A stretch of 64,000 nt of DNA from Hypanus sabinus (Eukaryota): positions 20,584,001-20,648,000 of the forward strand of contig NC_082722.1 in NCBI RefSeq assembly GCF_030144855.1. Reading direction: 5' to 3'. This document shows, piece by piece, positions 13,640 through 26,659 of this stretch (positions within the stretch are counted from its first letter, which is position 1; every line of letters begins with the position of its first letter). A program made the position numbers and the translations under genes. Under the pieces are notes generated by a model that saw only the letters and a program-made list of their open reading frames with translations, made no database searches and had not been told where the DNA came from.

Positions 13640-14399
13640 GTGGAATCGAGTGGTGGAGTGTTTGGCAACATAGCGAGAAGAATTTGATCCAATTTGCTTA
13701 CTGCAGATTCCTGTAAAGACATATAATAACTGACGAGTCAAACATGTTTTGTTAAGAGGGATTAAAAGATATATATTGAACAGTTAATGGGAGAAATCGT
13801 CATCATCCAAGAAAACGATACCATGGGATTAATTTTGCTCAGTCGGCAGTGCAAAGCGACCCTTATTTAAGATGTTTAATGAAACGCATTTTGCGTGGAA
13901 TGCATCCTCAGTGACTCTCCGAAGCATTTAAACCGAGATTTCGTCCTCTAACTCTGAAATGAACCCAAGTGAGAAACTAAGTTTCAAAATCACGTCTAGT
14001 GTTTAGCGAATAAGATATAGTTTATCGTTTATTGTATTCTTTGCTAGTAGAGGAGTGTTTCTAAGTAGATTATAACAGCTGAAAGCGATAGAATTGGGGC
14101 AGAGAGGCGGTGTGTAGGTATCGTCGTAACATCGAGGCAATCAGAAATGGCGCCATCTCGTGGTGACACAATGCACTTGATTGGGATGATTCTGAGAAAT
14201 TTTTAAGTTTGCAGATATTGAAAATCCCTGATCCCGTTATCGTTCAAATTATTTTGTTTATTTACTTTGTTCTTTAGACTGTATTGATTTTCTCGTATAA
14301 ATGTAGTACACATGTCCTTTTACTTCAGTATTAGACAGCACTACTTTTTGGTGCACAGGTTATTCTCCAGCGCGAGCAAATAATCATACAAGTTTGAAA

Positions 14400-15205
14400 C
14401 GATGTGGGACGTGGAATGAAAATGTGTGGACACTGGGGGATCCTGCTTTATGTGGCGGACAGAGCGTAGGTGTTCAGCGAAAAGATCTCCCGGTCTCCGT
14501 CGTGTCTCACCCATATATAGAAGGTCGAACCGGGAGCACTGGACGCTTAGTTCCACGTCCCATTCCCATTCTGATATGTCTATCCATGGCTTCCTCTACT
14601 GCCAAGATGAAACCACAGATTGGAGGAACAACACTTATATTGCGTCTGGGTAGCCTCCAACCTGATGGCATGAACACTGATTTCTCTAACTTCCGTTAAT
14701 GGCCCCCTCCCCTTCTTATCCCATCAATTATCTATCTATTTATTTATGTATGTATGTATTTATTTGTTTGGTTGTTTGTTAATTTATTTATTTGTTTGTT
14801 ATTTATTCATCCATTCATTCATTCATTCATAATTTTTCTTTTTTATTTTTTTTCTCTGTCTTCTTCGCTGTCCCTCTCAAAACCACTCCTTTCCTCCACT
14901 CCATCTCTCTCTGGTGGCCCCTTCCACATTTCTTTCTCCCTAGGCCTCCTGTCCAATGATCCTTTCCCTTGTCCAGCTGTGTAACCCTTTTGTCAATTAC
15001 TTACTATCTCTTAACATCAACCCTCCCCCTCCTGTCTACTCTTATCATTTCGACCTCCCCGTCTCCCTCCCACTTCCAAATCTCTTACTATCTCTATTTT
15101 GCAGTTTGTCCTGACGAAGGGTCACGGCCCGAAACGTCGACTGTACTTCTTCCTATAGATGTTGCCTGGCCTGCTGCTTACCACCACCATTTTCTGTGTG
15201 TTGCT
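14400..15205. mobile_element. Penelope-like fragment with inverted 5' part (GIY-YIG endonuclease remnant plus terminal repeat)
   Basis: Minus 14341..14556 'LLYMGETRRRPGDLFAEHLRSVR...' continues on the plus strand as 'STSHSHSDMSIHGFLYCQDE...LRLGSLQPDGMNTDFSNFR'; absent from the paralogous segment near 46 kb. Confidence 0.8.
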
Positions 15206-16767
15206 TGGTCTACTCTTGTGAATTTGCCCTTCCCAGAAATAACAAAAGGCTATTTGTGATTTTAATCTGTAGATGAAGAAATGAATGAGCAAGATAAGAG
15301 TGGAAGGATATATCAACTACGAACAAGATATAACTGTGCATCTTTACTTGAAATATCAAACCACATCTAAAGCTAAAGAGTTCGACGAGATTTCAGATGT
15401 GAAGTGACCTAGGAGAAGGGAGTGAATGAATGATTCTCAAAGTAAAATCTATGCCAGGCAACATATCCAGCTGAACAGGTCTGAGCAGCCCACGCTTGTT
15501 TCCAAGCGTGTACGTTTCTACCGTTTTCGAGAAATTTTCTGGACCACGGACCTCTTTCAGGAATAGATTGTTGTTTGCATTCTCAGACAGAGGATTTGTT
15601 TCATTGCAGAAGTTCTCTGTACCTTCTCCCCACCATCCTTTATTCGACACCTTATACACCAACCACGCTGACCTGATGAGCAACAATAATGTATTACTAT
15701 AACAGGAAGCTCACCCTTCTGTTTCACACATACGTCCACCTTAACCGGAATGAATGCTTCAATTTACTGACAATTGGTCAAATAAATTTTGGGCATATTT
15801 CAGACCTATTATGCTCCATTGGGCAATTGGGCAGTTATTAATCGCCGAGGAGCTCCGTTTAAAGCAATATATTCTTCGAGAGTACGCAAATAGACATATC
15901 AGTCCTATATAAATATAATTTACAACGTCCACGTTTTTCAGTCAAATGTTATGATTAGCCCAAACCTTATTTCCTTTAATGTGACCATGTGCGTATCTCG
16001 TCTACTTCAATGTGGGCTGGGACACGTACACAGGTTACAAGGCACTTCTCTTTCCTTTTGAGTGCCCTGGGATTTCTGTTACTACCATGTGATAGTGCAG
16101 TTCCATTTTGCAGCTAATCTTGAGCAATAAGCCGTGAATGTATATGAAACTGAAGAGTAATGAATTTTTAATCATACGGCATTTACTGATCAATATTCAG
16201 GTACATAGGTGTTATCGCGAGAATATGCACCGATTTTTTTTTCACATCGTTAAATCTATATTTCCCTTGTTTGACGTGAGCAAGAATAGCTGTTCAGCTG
16301 GCGGTTTTTATCATGCTAAGAGAGTTTCTCTCGCTGGCGGTGACGAATCTCTGATCTTTTTTTCATCTTTTGAGGAATGTGTGAAGGAATATCTCGGTGG
16401 GGGGGGGGTTACTCATGGCAATTTAGGTTTATTTCAGGTAATGTCTGGGGACTGTCCAATTATATAGCAAAAAAAGAATATGGTTGAACATATCAGATAT
16501 TATATTCTTGAATGACAGGACAGCAGAGGGAGGTGGAAGAGCTTCTTCACAAACTTATTCTTAAATTTCTTTTATTTTTCCTGTGATAATCCCCTCAAAT
16601 AAATCAAAAGAACGTCGAAGAAAAAATTGATCGTTTAACTTGTCAACTTATACATGTGATATATTTTACCATTCTTTGTCTGGATTCAAGAAATAAAACG
16701 AAGCAATGCCTCGGTCCTGCACTCGTTGATAGTCTATAGCTCCAAATTGCAGCTGGATTCTCAGCTT

Positions 16768-16899
16768 CAACAGTTTCTTTGATGTATTTAGAGCAGCGTA
16801 CAAAGTCTGTTGGTTTTCATATTTGGCTGCTGAGGTGTTCTTGGAATCGGGAAGCTACAGAGGAGCGTAAGTCAGTTTGTCAGTTCCATTTCTTTTAGT
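16768..16899 (-). pseudogene. Copy A of the ITIM-bearing terminal exon (in-frame stop)
   Basis: ttttcacag|ACT AAA AGA AAT...: TKRNGTDKLTYAPL*LPDSKNTSAAKYENQQTLYAALNTSKKL; TAG at codon 15 (16857-16855); AATAAA on the minus strand at 16571-16576. Confidence 0.8.
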
Positions 16900-17169
16900 C
16901 TGTGAAAAGACTTCAAAATCGAGAATCCTGTGAGTTGAACACATTGAATCAAAACAAATAAAACAAATGAGTGATGTACTCATAAGTTATCAATTTTAGA
17001 TTTCTGCCGTTTTAAATAAAGTTTGTCAGCATTTTTTCAAAATTTCCCTTTTTGATTGCTCTGGTTTTACAACTCCAAGAGCCTGTTTTATCCCTCTGAA
17101 CAACGAGCGTTTCATTCCGTACTTTAAATGAACTTCAGCAAAATCGAGTTGGGAGAGTAGGTAACTTTT

Positions 17170-18490
17170 GTTAGGAGTATTGTTTTCTTCTTTTATTTTG
17201 TTGCTCAGACCAGAGAATATGCCAGGCAGGATGTTGGAATGTTCCTCTTCCAGGATGTGGGAAGTCAGGGAGACCTCCGGTACCTCTGACAACGATACCT
17301 GCAAGAAGTGCATGCAGCTGCAGCTCCTAACAGACCGTGTTAGTAAACTGGAGCAGGAGCTGGATGACCTCCGGACCATTCGGGAGGCTGAACAGTTTAT
17401 AGATAGTAGCTTCCAGGAGGTAGTTACACCTAAGGAACAGGGCACAGGTAATTGGGTTACTGTCAGGCGATGGAAGGAGAAAAGGCAGGTAGTGCAGGGT
17501 TCCCCTGTGGCCATTCCCTTCCAAAACAGGTATACCGATTCGGATACTGTTGGGAGGGGGAGTGGCTTACCTGGGAATATCTGCGTTAGCCGGTTCTCTG
17601 GCAATGAACTTGGTTCTGCAGTACAGAAGGGAGGGAGGAAGAAGAGGAGAGCGGTAGTGATAGGAGACTACATAGTTAGGGGTACAGACAGGAGATTCTG
17701 TTGTTGTGACAGAGACTCGCGGATGGTTTGTTGACTCCTGGTTGCCAGGGTCAGGGATGTTTCTGATCGCGCGAACAGCATTCTGAAGTGGGAGGGGGAT
17801 CAGCCAGATGTCGTGGTACACATCGGTACCAATGACATAGGTAGAAAGAGTCAGGGGGTCCTGAAGAGTGAGTACAGAGAGCTTGGTAGGAAGATGAAAA
17901 ACAGTACCTCGATGATAGTAATCTCCGGATTGCTGCTGTGCCACGTGCCAGTGAGGGTAAAAGTAAGATGCTCTGGCAGATGAACACGTGGCCGAGAAAC
18001 TGGTGAAGGGGGCAGGGTTTGGAATTTCTAGATCATTGGGACTTCTTCTGGGGCAAGTGGGACCTGTACAAAAGAGACGGGTTACACCTGAACTACAAGA
18101 GGACAAATATACTTGCAGGGAGGTTTGCTAATGTTATTGGGGAGGGTTTAAACTATATTTGCAGGGGGATGGGAACCAGAGTGCAAGAGTAGAAAGTGGA
18201 ACGGGGGTAAAAATAAATGATGTTAGTAGTTCATGCAAAGTCAAAATAGTAAGGTTGTGTGTGGTGGTAATAATATTCTGAGGTGTGTATATTTCAATGC
18301 GAGGAGCATTGTGGGAAAGGCAGGCGAGTTGAGGGCCTGGATTGACACATGAAATTATGACATCATAGCCATTACTGAAACTTGGCTACAGGAAGGCAGG
18401 ACTGGTAGCTCTTTGTCCTAGGGTTCCGATGTTTCATTCGTGATAGAGGCAAAGGGATGAAGGGTGGGGGGCGGGTGGCTTTGCTAGTCA
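17170..18490 (+). mobile_element. CR1 LINE 5' part (ORF1 zinc finger plus SGNH esterase, start of APE), 3'-truncated
   Basis: 17168..17734 'LECSSSRMWEVRETS...TCKKCMQLQLLTDRVSKLEQELDDLR...RRAVVIGDYIVRGTDRRFC'; later 'YDIIAITETWLQEG'-type APE motif near 18355-18395. Confidence 0.88.
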
Positions 18491-19789
18491 GCATCTACAT
18501 GGTGGTGGGGTGTGTTGTTTGGAATGTCGTGGATGGTAGGGTGTTGTGAGAATGCTACAGGGTTATTGTATGATCCACCTAATTGGTGCTTGATAGTACA
18601 TGGACGCAGTCGCGCAGATGTGTTGTATGCATGTATAACTTATTCCCGTATGTCAGCAAAGTATTCTGCAATTGTGGCCTCATGTTAAGGTCAAGTGAAG
18701 AAACAAGGACTGGAACCCATTGCACCACTCATATGAAATGAATTTATAGGAAAAATACTCACCAAAAATACTTTTGGTGCTGAGAACAATATTCTCCTCC
18801 TGGTTAATAGAAGGGAAAGATGATAATCACAGTCTAAGGTAAAACAAAGTACAGATGTCTTAAGAGTTTAAAATGCACCTTACAAATATTGGTCAGATTA
18901 TATGTATATCGTCAATCGCCTGTTAACTGAAATTTATTCATTGCTAAAGCGGTGTTTAATTTGTTTGAAAGTACTGATAACTAAGAAAAAACATTTCTTT
19001 AGAGTTCTTTTTTAAATCCTTAACTTTTGCTTTTGTTTTCGCAGATTTCAGAAGTTTAGCAATTTACCAAAAGAAAAATCAGATGGGTAAATTCTATCTG
19101 ATCGGACATGGTCTACATCGTTCTTTTTTTTGCCTGTTCCTGGGCATAATTCAATGTCTTTTAACTCTTGCGATCAAATCAATACTCTCTTGTAGCACTG
19201 CCAAGTCGCCTACCACTCATTGCGTAACGTAGCTGCTTCACAAGCCTCACTTAAATTTTCGTCTCTTATCTCGAGGCGATGCCCCCTGTTAACTGCCGCT
19301 GATATGTATGAGTGATACCGGTAAAGAGAATGGCAAGACCAACAGGATTACAGAATCCCGGTTCACGAGGATATTGAAACATTGTTTCGGAGGAAGGAGA
19401 CTTGCATTATCTTAGGGAATGGGATCGAGCAATTCCTGACAGAAACATAAGATGTACTGTTGTTCACCTGAGGAAAATCATGAGAGCACAAAGGTAGCAT
19501 GATACAACATCTGAATATAAAGCAAGAGGAAATGAGGAAAGAGCGACCAAGAAATCGCAATGACCGAACTGTAAATTAATATTTCCCATCACTGTGGTGA
19601 AAATCATGGAAGCTAAGGGATTAAAGGGAATTAAACTTATTTTTAACAGATCTACATGAGAGAAATGAAGGCGTTGGGCGAACACGGTGCTCATGATGTA
19701 AGAACACACACAGTTTCCTGAACATGAAGCACCTGATCAAGTGTATCTTTTGACTTTGTGAGAAGCTAGAGGAGAATCTTAAGGCCAAT

Positions 19790-21150
19790 TGCATGGATAT
19801 CAGTATCGTTTTTACCCAGGATTGAGGATTGTGTTACCGCAGCATTGGAGAGTGGAAAATGTACATTTGTTTAAGAAGATCCGCAAGGACAAGAAGAGAG
19901 TTGAAGGTGACGATCCCAATATCAGTGCGTGGAAAGATACTGGAGTGAATCAGAGTGAGAAAATCTATGATAATTTGAAAAAAGAACAAAGTGTGAAAAA
20001 GTGACTGTCAGCAAACATTTGTCATTTGGAATCTCATCTCACAAATTTGATTGAGCTGTTTTGAAGAGGTGATGAACAAAATTGCTGAGTGCTGCAATGT
20101 GTAATAGACCTTCATTGACTTTTGCAAGGTCCCGTATGTCAGACTTGCATAGACAGCCAGATGACATGGCAGCCATTTTCAATTGACGGAGTCAGACGGT
20201 GATGGTGGAAACTTGAAATCAAGAATGTCAATCTGCACCTGGCGGTGTACTAAACAGGTAGGGAACGTTTCCAGTACTGTTTGTCATCTCCGAAATATGC
20301 AGATGAAATATTTTAACGTCATTAATATCTTTCTGAATGAAACGAAATTGGTGGTATATTAGACAGTGAAAGATAACTACAGCGATAAACCGTGAAAGCA
20401 AGGTAAGCAAGGGCAGATGAAATAAAACTCGTACATTTGCGAAGTGTTGTATTTTGGTTAGTTAAACCAGGGCAGGAATTGCACAGTAGATTGAAGTAAA
20501 ACAACGTGACTGAGCGTACATGCAGATTGATCTTTGAATGTGACAATAGAGGTGGGCAGAAAGGTAAAGAAGGTGTTTGTCATATTAATTCACAGTTGTA
20601 GCAATGAGTACAGCACCTGCGCCGTTAAGTTCAACTGTACAGGTCGTTGCTGAAACATACACAGTGTATTCTGTGCATTTCTGATCAGCCGGCTATAGAA
20701 AAAGCCGACGAAGCTTGAAATAGTCCAGAAAAGATTCACAAATACATTTGCGGGACAGCATTTTTTAGATGTAGGGAAAGTGTGGGGTTACTCTTCCCTA
20801 CAGCGCAGGAGGTTGAGTGGTGTCCTTATATATTTAGCAGGCATGGTTGCAGCCTTTTACGGTTACAGCCTTTTATCCAGAACAGCTGAATCGAAAATGA
20901 ACATGCATCGGTTCAAGATGAGAGGTAAAACACTTAGATGGATCTGAGGCAAGTTTTCCAAAGCAACGGAGCCTGGCAACTACAATAGAATATGGAATTA
21001 ATCTGTGCAAGTGAGTACGATTGCAATGTGTTAGGAACATTTGGATTCGTACCCAGGTAGAAAAGGTTTATTTCGATAAAGTCCAAACGAAGTAAATGGA
21101 ATTAGCTGGGATAGATATCTGGGTCTACATGACAAAATGGCTCGAAGTCC
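19790..21150 (+). mobile_element. Highly degenerate CR1 RT and 3' remnants
   Basis: Fragments such as 'tggagagtggaaaatgtacatttgtttaagaag', 'catctcacaaatttgattgag' and 'gtccagaaaagattcaca' resemble CR1 ORF2; no open frame. Confidence 0.6.
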
Positions 21151-22439
21151 TGGTGCAGTGCCGTATGATGCAATGGTGATCTGTGTGGTGGAGGGTGTTT
21201 CTTGGATACCCGGAGATAGTAAGGGGTTGAGATAAAATATAGGTTTAATGTGTGATTTATCTTATTGATGTTTAATAGTAGGCGTGGACGTAGTGGCGAA
21301 AATGTGTTCTGTGCACGTATAGCTTATTCCCGTAAGCCAGCAGAGTATTCTCCAGTTGTAGCATCATGTTAAGGTCAATTAAAGAAACGATGACGGGAAC
21401 CAATTGTCCCACTCAAATGAAATTAAATTGTGCCAAAAATATACCTACCTGACTTTTGGAGGTAACAGGAATATTCTTCATTGGTAAATAGAAGGGAATA
21501 ATGAGAATCACAGTAGAAGGAGAAACAAAGTACAGATGTGTCATCAGTTTAGATACACTTTACAGATGTTGGCCAGGCTGTATTGAAATCCATAAATGCT
21601 TGATAATTGAACTTTATTCATTGCTAAAAACGATGTTTAATCAGTTTGAAAGTATTCTGAACATTGAAAAAAAACATTACTTTGGAGTTTTAAGATTTTT
21701 AAAACTTTATTCGTTGTTTTTGTTTTGGAAGATTTGGGAAGAGTTGAATGTTATCAAAAATCAGATGTTTGAATCGTGTTGGATTTGACAGTGCCACTTA
21801 ACTCGAAATGCTATTGCATTAATTTTCACAAGAGACATGCCGGAATATTCGGGAAACCCCACGAATTGAGTAATTCTGTGCAATATCTGACTATTACCAA
21901 GTTCAAGGCTTTATCATATAAACTCTTCCCCCAGCCATCAGGAACATTGTCATAGATAAAAAGTACCTTCAGACATCCTGCAAGGATTGCAAATTCCACT
22001 GTACTTATACTGTAACGTGAAAGGTGCTCGGTAGAGTATAGAGAATCAAAGAGTGGGAAACCAAATCAGTTCCTTAATTTGCAACCGTTCATTGGGAGAT
22101 CGATCAGAAATCTTAGATCTGTTTCGCTTGCCTCTATTTTTGCCGACTTCGGATTTTTAGTAATATTTTGCTGCTGTTGTCCAGAAATTATTGTGCTACC
22201 TAACCTGATATTCACCCCCATGAACTTGTGTTACTTCATTCAAGACTTTGAAAACATAGAGAGAAGACTGGGTCCAAGACCAAAGGGATTTCAGCACGCC
22301 GTGTGCTTTACTTCCCTTCTCTCAGCGGCAGCTGTCGAAGCAATTTTCTGTCAGATACAGCACGTTACCTTTAGCTCCCATTGCTCTTATTTTCCGATAA
22401 TGTCGAATATGTTCTCAAAGGACTGATAAAAGAGCATTC

Positions 22440-23230
22440 ACATAAATAACACAAGAGATTCTGCAGATTTTGGAGTACAGAGTAACACACACAAAATGAA
22501 CTCAGTAGACCAGGCAGCATCAATGGAAATGACTGAACGGTCAACGTTTCGGTCCGAGCCCCTTCATTAGGACTGGAAAGGACGGAGACACATGCCACAA
22601 CGAAAAGGCGGTGAGAAGAAAGACAATTTAGAAGGAGATAGGGGAATCCAGGTTGAGTGTACATTGAGTGTGGAGGCTGGTGGGGAGAGAAGCTTGTGCA
22701 GTAGGACGGTGGGATGAAGTAGGAAGCTGGGAGGTAAGAATTTGAAAATGCAAAGAGTTGGAGAATAAGGAATCTATTAGGAGAGGAGAATGTGGGAAAA
22801 AGGGAAGGAAGTGGGTCAAAAGTGGAAGTTATCGGCAGGAGAGCAGAGAAGATAAGAGGCCAGATTTGAGAACAGAAGAAAGTTGTGGGAGGGGAAAATA
22901 CCTGAAGGAGAATTCTATGATTATGTCGTCAGTTCGGAGGCTACCTAGGCTGAATCCGAGGTGTTGCTCGCCCACTCTGAGAGTAGCCTCATGATGGCGT
23001 AAGGAGAGGACATGAATCGAAAAGTCAGAACATGAATGAGCTGAAATAAAAATATTTGGCGACTAGCAAATTCTGCATTTTGGGATGGAATGGGGGTGCT
23101 CGAAAAAGTGCTCCCCACTTTACGTCGGGTCTCATCAATGTAGACGAGGACGAATCAATAGCTCTGGTTACAGAGAACGACAGTAACCGATTCGCAGGTT
23201 CAGTGTTGCCTCACTTTTCATGGCCCTGAA
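22440..23230. mobile_element. Degenerate Penelope-derived repeat
   Basis: 'cacacacaaaatg...ccaggcagcatc...cgtttcggtccgagccccttc...aggactgg' terminal-repeat motif plus decayed GIY-YIG-region sequence. Confidence 0.6.
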
Positions 23231-23559
23231 TGGACGTGATGAAGTTATAATTTCAGGTTGTCTTCGCCTATGAGGACATTTTTGCTTCCATTTAAATTTA
23301 TATTTTTTGATTCGAAACAAACTGATGTCTTCACCCATCATTCAGCAAGTTTGAAAACATTTCAAAATCTTTTACATAGTTATGTCTGTTTAGAATCAAG
23401 CTCGGTTGTGAAATTAATTACTCAAATGATATTCTTTTATTCATAGAACGGCCACTTCTTTGTTTCAGTGCGGGATTTGGCGTCGATATCCGACCACATT
23501 TCATTATTCTCTGCCTTAAATAAAAATAAAGCACAATCATTCTCCAAGTAGATGACTGT

Positions 23560-24675
23560 GGTGTAACTGTTCACGCTTGAAAGGCTGTCAGCAACTGATA
23601 CGGTTAAAGATTTAAAGTTAAAACTCCATCTTATTTAACATTGTGATGTAGCCTCTCATTTTTCTCTTTCCAGAATGCACACTCCGTGGAATCGAAACAA
23701 AGATATCGCAGAAAAATATAAGAAACGTTCAGTTGTGACGACAAGGCTTTGAAGTCACTTTTTAAATCAAGAACCACTCTAGAACCAACTAGAGAGCAGA
23801 CCATTCTAGATTGGGAATTGAGCAATGAGGAAGGGTTAGTTAGCAGTCTTGTCGTGCGAAACCCATTGGGAAAGAGTGGCCATAATATGGTGGTATTCTT
23901 CATTAAGATGGAGAGTGACATAGTTAATTCATAAACAAAGGTTCTGAACTTAAAGAAGGGTAACTTTGAAGGTCTGAGACGTGAATTAGCTAAGATAGAC
24001 TGGCAATAGATACTTAAAGGGTTGACGGTGGATATGTAATGGCAAGCATTTAAAGATCGCATGAATGAACTGCAACAATTGTTCATCCCAGTTTGGCAAA
24101 ATAATAAACCAGGGTAGGTAGTGCACCCATGGCTGACAAGGGAAATTAGGGATAGTATCAAGTCCAAAGAAGAAACATATAAATTAGCTTAAAAAAAAGC
24201 GGCACACCTGAGGACTGGGAGAAATTCAAAGACCAGCAGTGGAGGACCAAGCGGCTAATTAGGAAAGAGAGAAAAGAATATGAGAGAAAGCTGGCAGGGA
24301 ACATTACAACTGACTTTAAAAGCTTTTATAGATATGTGAAAAGAAAAAGATTGCTCAAGACAAATGTAAGTCCCTTACAGTCAGAAACAGGTGAATTGAT
24401 CATAGGGAACAAAGACATGGCAGACAAATTGGATAATTACTTTGGTTCTGTCTTCACTAAGGAGGACAGAAATAATCTTCCGGAAATAGTAAGGGACCGA
24501 AGGTCTAGTAAGAAGGAGGAACTGAGCGAAATGCATGCTAGTAGGGAAGTGGTGTTAGGTAAATTGAAGGGATTAAAGTCAGATAAATCCCCAGGGCCAG
24601 ATGGTCTGCATCCCAGAGGGCTTAAGGAAGTAGCCCAAGTAATAGTGGATGCATTAGTGATAATTTTTCATAATT
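23560..24675 (+). mobile_element. CR1 ORF2 fragment (APE end, linker, pre-RT)
   Basis: 'EPTREQTILDW...RNPLGKSGHNMV' and 'MADKLDNYFGSVFTKED...KSPGPDGLHPRGLKEVA'. Confidence 0.88.
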
Positions 24676-24794
24676 CAGGAACCTGATTCTCGTTTTGAAC
24701 TGGCATCATAAATAGTTCTGGGATCCAGTGAATCCTTTCTGGACCGTCCTCATTGATAACTTCGTCAGGGTCCCCGTCAGAACCCATACCCAGA

Positions 24795-25130
24795 AGCTCG
24801 GTTCTGTGTTTGGTGGCCAAGAAGAGTCCTGGCTCTGTGTTCTGTGTCCTGTGTCCATGAAGAGTCCAGGCTCGGTGTTCTGTGTCCAAGAAGAGACCGG
24901 GCTCTGTATCCTGTACCCAAGGAAGAGTCCCGGCTCTGTGTCCTATATCTAAGGAAATATCCCGGCTCTGTACCCTGTGTCCAAGTAGAGACCCGGTTCT
25001 GTGTCCTGTATCCAAGGAAGAGTCCGGCTCGGTGTCCTGTATCCAAAGAAGAGTACTAGCTCTGTGTCCTTTGTCCAAGAAGAGTCCGGCTCTGTGTTTT
25101 GTATCCTGTGTCCAACAACAGACCCGGCTC
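24795..25130 (+). repeat. Minisatellite, about 31-bp unit, about 11 copies
   Basis: Unit consensus approximately 'ccggctctgtgtcctgtatccaaggaagagt'. Confidence 0.85.
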
Positions 25131-25137
25131 CGAGTCC

Positions 25138-25420
25138 GACACGCTGCAGAAGCTCAGCAGGTCGGGCAGCATCCGTGGAAAAGTACAGTCAACTTTTCGG
25201 GTCGAGACTCATCGTCAGGACTGACGAGCGAGGGGGCGACGGCCCTGTAAAGACGGTGGAGGTGGGGTGGGGAGGATGGGAAAGAGAAGGCTGGTAGGTG
25301 CCAGATGCAAAACCAGTAAGGAGAAAGATGAAGGGGTGGCGGAGGGGAAGCAGGGAGAGGATAAGCAGCAAAGGTGAGGAAGGAACGCGAGGAAAGCACT
25401 ATGGGCAGTAGAAGGATTAC
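25138..25420. mobile_element. Penelope-derived terminal repeat fragment
   Basis: 'gctgcagaagctcagcaggtcgggcagcatcc...cttttcgggtcgagactc...cgtcaggact'. Confidence 0.6.
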
Positions 25421-26659
25421 ACATTACACTGCACTCTGACTGAAGTAGATTCTCCGCATCTCAGTTCTAAATGGACATCCTTCAATCCTGAATTCGAACC
25501 CCTCTAGTACTAGAATCCCCTAGTATGAGAAATACCTTTGCCATATCTAATATGTTCAGGTTTTTTTTACATTCGGAATGTTTCTATGAGATCACCCTCA
25601 GTCACCAGAACTCCCGTGAAAACAGTCCAATAACTTCCAGACGTTCCTCATGTGGTAACCTATTCTTTCCTGGAAACATTCTCGTGAATCAGCTACGTCC
25701 TTCAGACTCTAAGAGTCTATTCTATCAGGTCTAGAAGATCTATCCACCCTCAGACCATTAAGCTTCCTGAGCACCTTCTCAGTCGTCATTTGCACTGCAT
25801 AAACTTCAGTTCCTTGACACACTTGAAACTACGGTATACTGCAGACGTCCTTCACTGTGAAGACTGCTGGCTGCGCATTCAGTTCTTCTGACAGCACTGC
25901 ATCTCTCAGTACAATATCTCCAGCGTCATTTTTCTTTTGGTCCTTTATCTAGCTTCGACTCTCGTTTACGCTTTATAGACAAAAAAAAACTTTCAGTATC
26001 TTCTTTGATATTAGTCACCAGCTTCCTTTAATAAAGCATCTTTTTCTTCCTAATGACGTTCTTACTTTCTTTCTGGAAGTTTTTAAAAGGTTCCCAATCC
26101 TTTATATTCCCACTGGCTCTCGTGGAATTGTAAACCCTCTCTTTTGCTTTTACTTTGGCTCTGACTTCACTTGACAGCCACAGTAGTATCTTTATTCCCG
26201 TTGAGAATTTGTTCTTCTTTGGAATATATCTGTCTTGTAATTCCCTCTTTTTTTTAGCACAATCTCCAGCCATTGCTGCAAATGCCCATTTATAGTTAAC
26301 TTCAATCAGCTCCCATCTCATCCCATTGTAATTTCCCTTATTCCTCTGAAATACGGACATATTGGATTTTATTTTTCCCTCTCAAATTTCAATGTGAACA
26401 GGATCATATTGTGATCTTTGTTCCCTAAGGGTTCCATAATATTAAGTTCACTTATCACCCCCGGATCGTTGCACAACGCCCACTCCAGCGCAGCCGATCC
26501 CTTCGTGGGCTCAACAACAAGCTGTTCTAAAATGCCATCCCTTGGTCATTCGACAAATCTCTCCATTGAGGTCCAGTACTGACCTGGTTTTCCCAATCCA
26601 CTGCCATGTTAAAATCCCCAACGATTATCATGATATTGCTTTTCTGACACGCCTTTCCT

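Larger units (their letters stand above)
13850..17165. repeat. Segmental duplicate (copy A) of about 45414-47985
   Basis: Collinear shared anchors, e.g. 'tgaaacgcattttgcgtg', 'aaagcgatagaattggggc', 'atggcgccatct', 'accaaccacgctgacctgatgagcaacaataatgta', 'gtgccctgggatttctgtta', 'aaacgaagcaatgcctcgg', 'gagttgggagag'. Confidence 0.85.

Noticed and set aside
13004-13715. After removing the solo LTR, a minus-strand frame contains 'ILRNFHPQ', reminiscent of C1 FYP, between a good acceptor and donor
   Set aside because: No canonical Cys, Trp or YxC, and the frame stops early; similarity is too weak to call an Ig exon.
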